A DNA stretch of 64,000 bases, taken from positions 3,200,001-3,264,000 of the forward strand of contig OY969811.1 in NCBI GenBank assembly GCA_963703315.1, in the 5' to 3' direction. This DNA is from an uncultured cyanobacterium (GTDB taxonomy: Bacteria; Cyanobacteriota; Cyanobacteriia; Pseudanabaenales; Pseudanabaenaceae). Positions 62,994 through 64,000 of the stretch are shown piece after piece. Made by a program: the position numbers and the translations under genes. The stretch's first letter is position 1, and each line of letters starts with the position of its first letter. Below the pieces are notes generated by a model, which was not told where the DNA came from, did no database searches, and was given only the letters and a program-made list of their open reading frames with translations.

Positions 62994-64000
62994 TTATTCT
63001 AAGTTAATTGCAAATTTTCGTAGTTCTTGTAGTAATTGTTCATCATTAGATGCAGTGCGTGCGCCAGACTCGGCAGCCCATTGCTTGAGGGACTCGATCT
63101 GTTGTGAGGCGATCGCGGCTAAGGGGACGGTCTCTTCAATGGCACTAATAATATCCTCAGTCGTAAAATCTTCGCGGTTGCCACTACTACCACGACCAAA
63201 GGCGCGATGAATACCATCGATGATTACTTGCTCGATTTCTGCCCCACTAAAATTTTTGGTATGCCGAGCCAAGAGCATCAGGTCAAATTCGCGCAAACGG
63301 CTGGGGCGCAACTTTTGTAAATGTACTTTAAAAATTTCTTGACGTTCCGATTCCGTAGGTAAATTCAAAAAGAAAATCTCATCAAATCTTCCTTTTCGCA
63401 ATAGTTCGGCTGGCAAAATTCGGACATTATTAGCTGTGGCGACAATAAATACTGGTGTAGTTTTTTCCTGCATCCATGTAATCAAAGAACCGAATACACG
63501 CCGACTTGCGCCAGAGTCACCGTCAATAGAAATATTGGTATTGCCAAAAGCTTTATCGATTTCATCAATCCACAGCACGCAGGGTGCAGTTGCCTCCGCA
63601 AGTTGAATCATCTGTCGCATCCGACTTTCACTCTCGCCCACATAGCTGCCAAATAGCCGTCCAATATCTAGACGCAGTAGCGGTAAGCGCCATTCATTAG
63701 CGATCGTTTTTGCCGATAGCGATTTACCAGTACCTTGAATGCCAACTAGTAACACTCCCTTGGGTGTGGGAATACCATAACTCTTAGCTTCTTCTGTAAA
63801 GGCATCACGGCGAATCCTCACCCATTGCTTAAGATTATCTAAACCGCCAACATTTTTTAGAGATTCATTCACCGCAAAAAATTCTAAAATTCCTGTTTGT
63901 CTCAAGGCTTGCTGCTTTTCAGCTAGGACTGCATCAATATCCGTGTCGTTAACCTGCTCTTTTTCAGCGATCGCCTTAGCTAAAACTCTTTGAATCCTTG
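62994..64000 (-). CDS. Ycf46-like AAA ATPase (5' part lies outside the window)
   Basis: VGGLDNLK, GIQGTGKS, WIDEIDK and LLRKGRFDE. Confidence 0.9.
   Translation of the reverse strand, partial: RIQRVLAKAIAEKEQVNDTDIDAVLAEKQQALRQTGILEFFAVNESLKNVGGLDNLKQWVRIRRDAFTEEAKSYGIPTPKGVLLVGIQGTGKSLSAKTIANEWRLPLLRLDIGRLFGSYVGESESRMRQMIQLAEATAPCVLWIDEIDKAFGNTNISIDGDSGASRRVFGSLITWMQEKTTPVFIVATANNVRILPAELLRKGRFDEIFFLNLPTESERQEIFKVHLQKLRPSRLREFDLMLLARHTKNFSGAEIEQVIIDGIHRAFGRGSSGNREDFTTEDIISAIEETVPLAAIASQQIESLKQWAAESGARTASNDEQLLQELRKFAINLE

Overview
Chromosomal window from a cyanobacterium. The HIP1 octamer GCGATCGC is dense, and nblS/hik33, ictB, a group-1 sigA and Ycf46/Ycf35-type genes are present; a Pseudanabaena-like identity is a guess. 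Most of the window is housekeeping or signalling genes (pepP, hflX, cbiX-like, nnr, glyA, radC, sigA, tsaC, rimI, cobW-family, folC, gyrA, guaA, rluE, c-di-GMP and cAMP enzymes). It holds two IS elements with clear ends: an apparently intact IS1634-family element (25-bp IRs, 6-bp TSD) and a decayed IS1-family element (9-bp TSD) that splits a DUF29 gene. Two AT-rich accessory islets are rich in toxin-antitoxin parts. The first (26.2-29.1 kb) has a HEPN/ApeA-like gene. The second (47.3-51.1 kb) has a Ser/Thr kinase with a near-identical 306-bp tandem duplication, followed by a CFI-box-CTERM protein. Intergenic DNA is filled with modular palindromic miniature elements with three kinds of ends, and one of them demonstrably inserted at a TA inside a gene. 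The best candidates for undescribed biology are a Cys-less AhpD/CMD protein paired with a GAF-adenylate cyclase, the kinase/CFI-box islet, the HEPN islet, and the nested MITE/REP system. No rRNA, tRNA or CRISPR array was seen. All calls are by eye; no searches were run.
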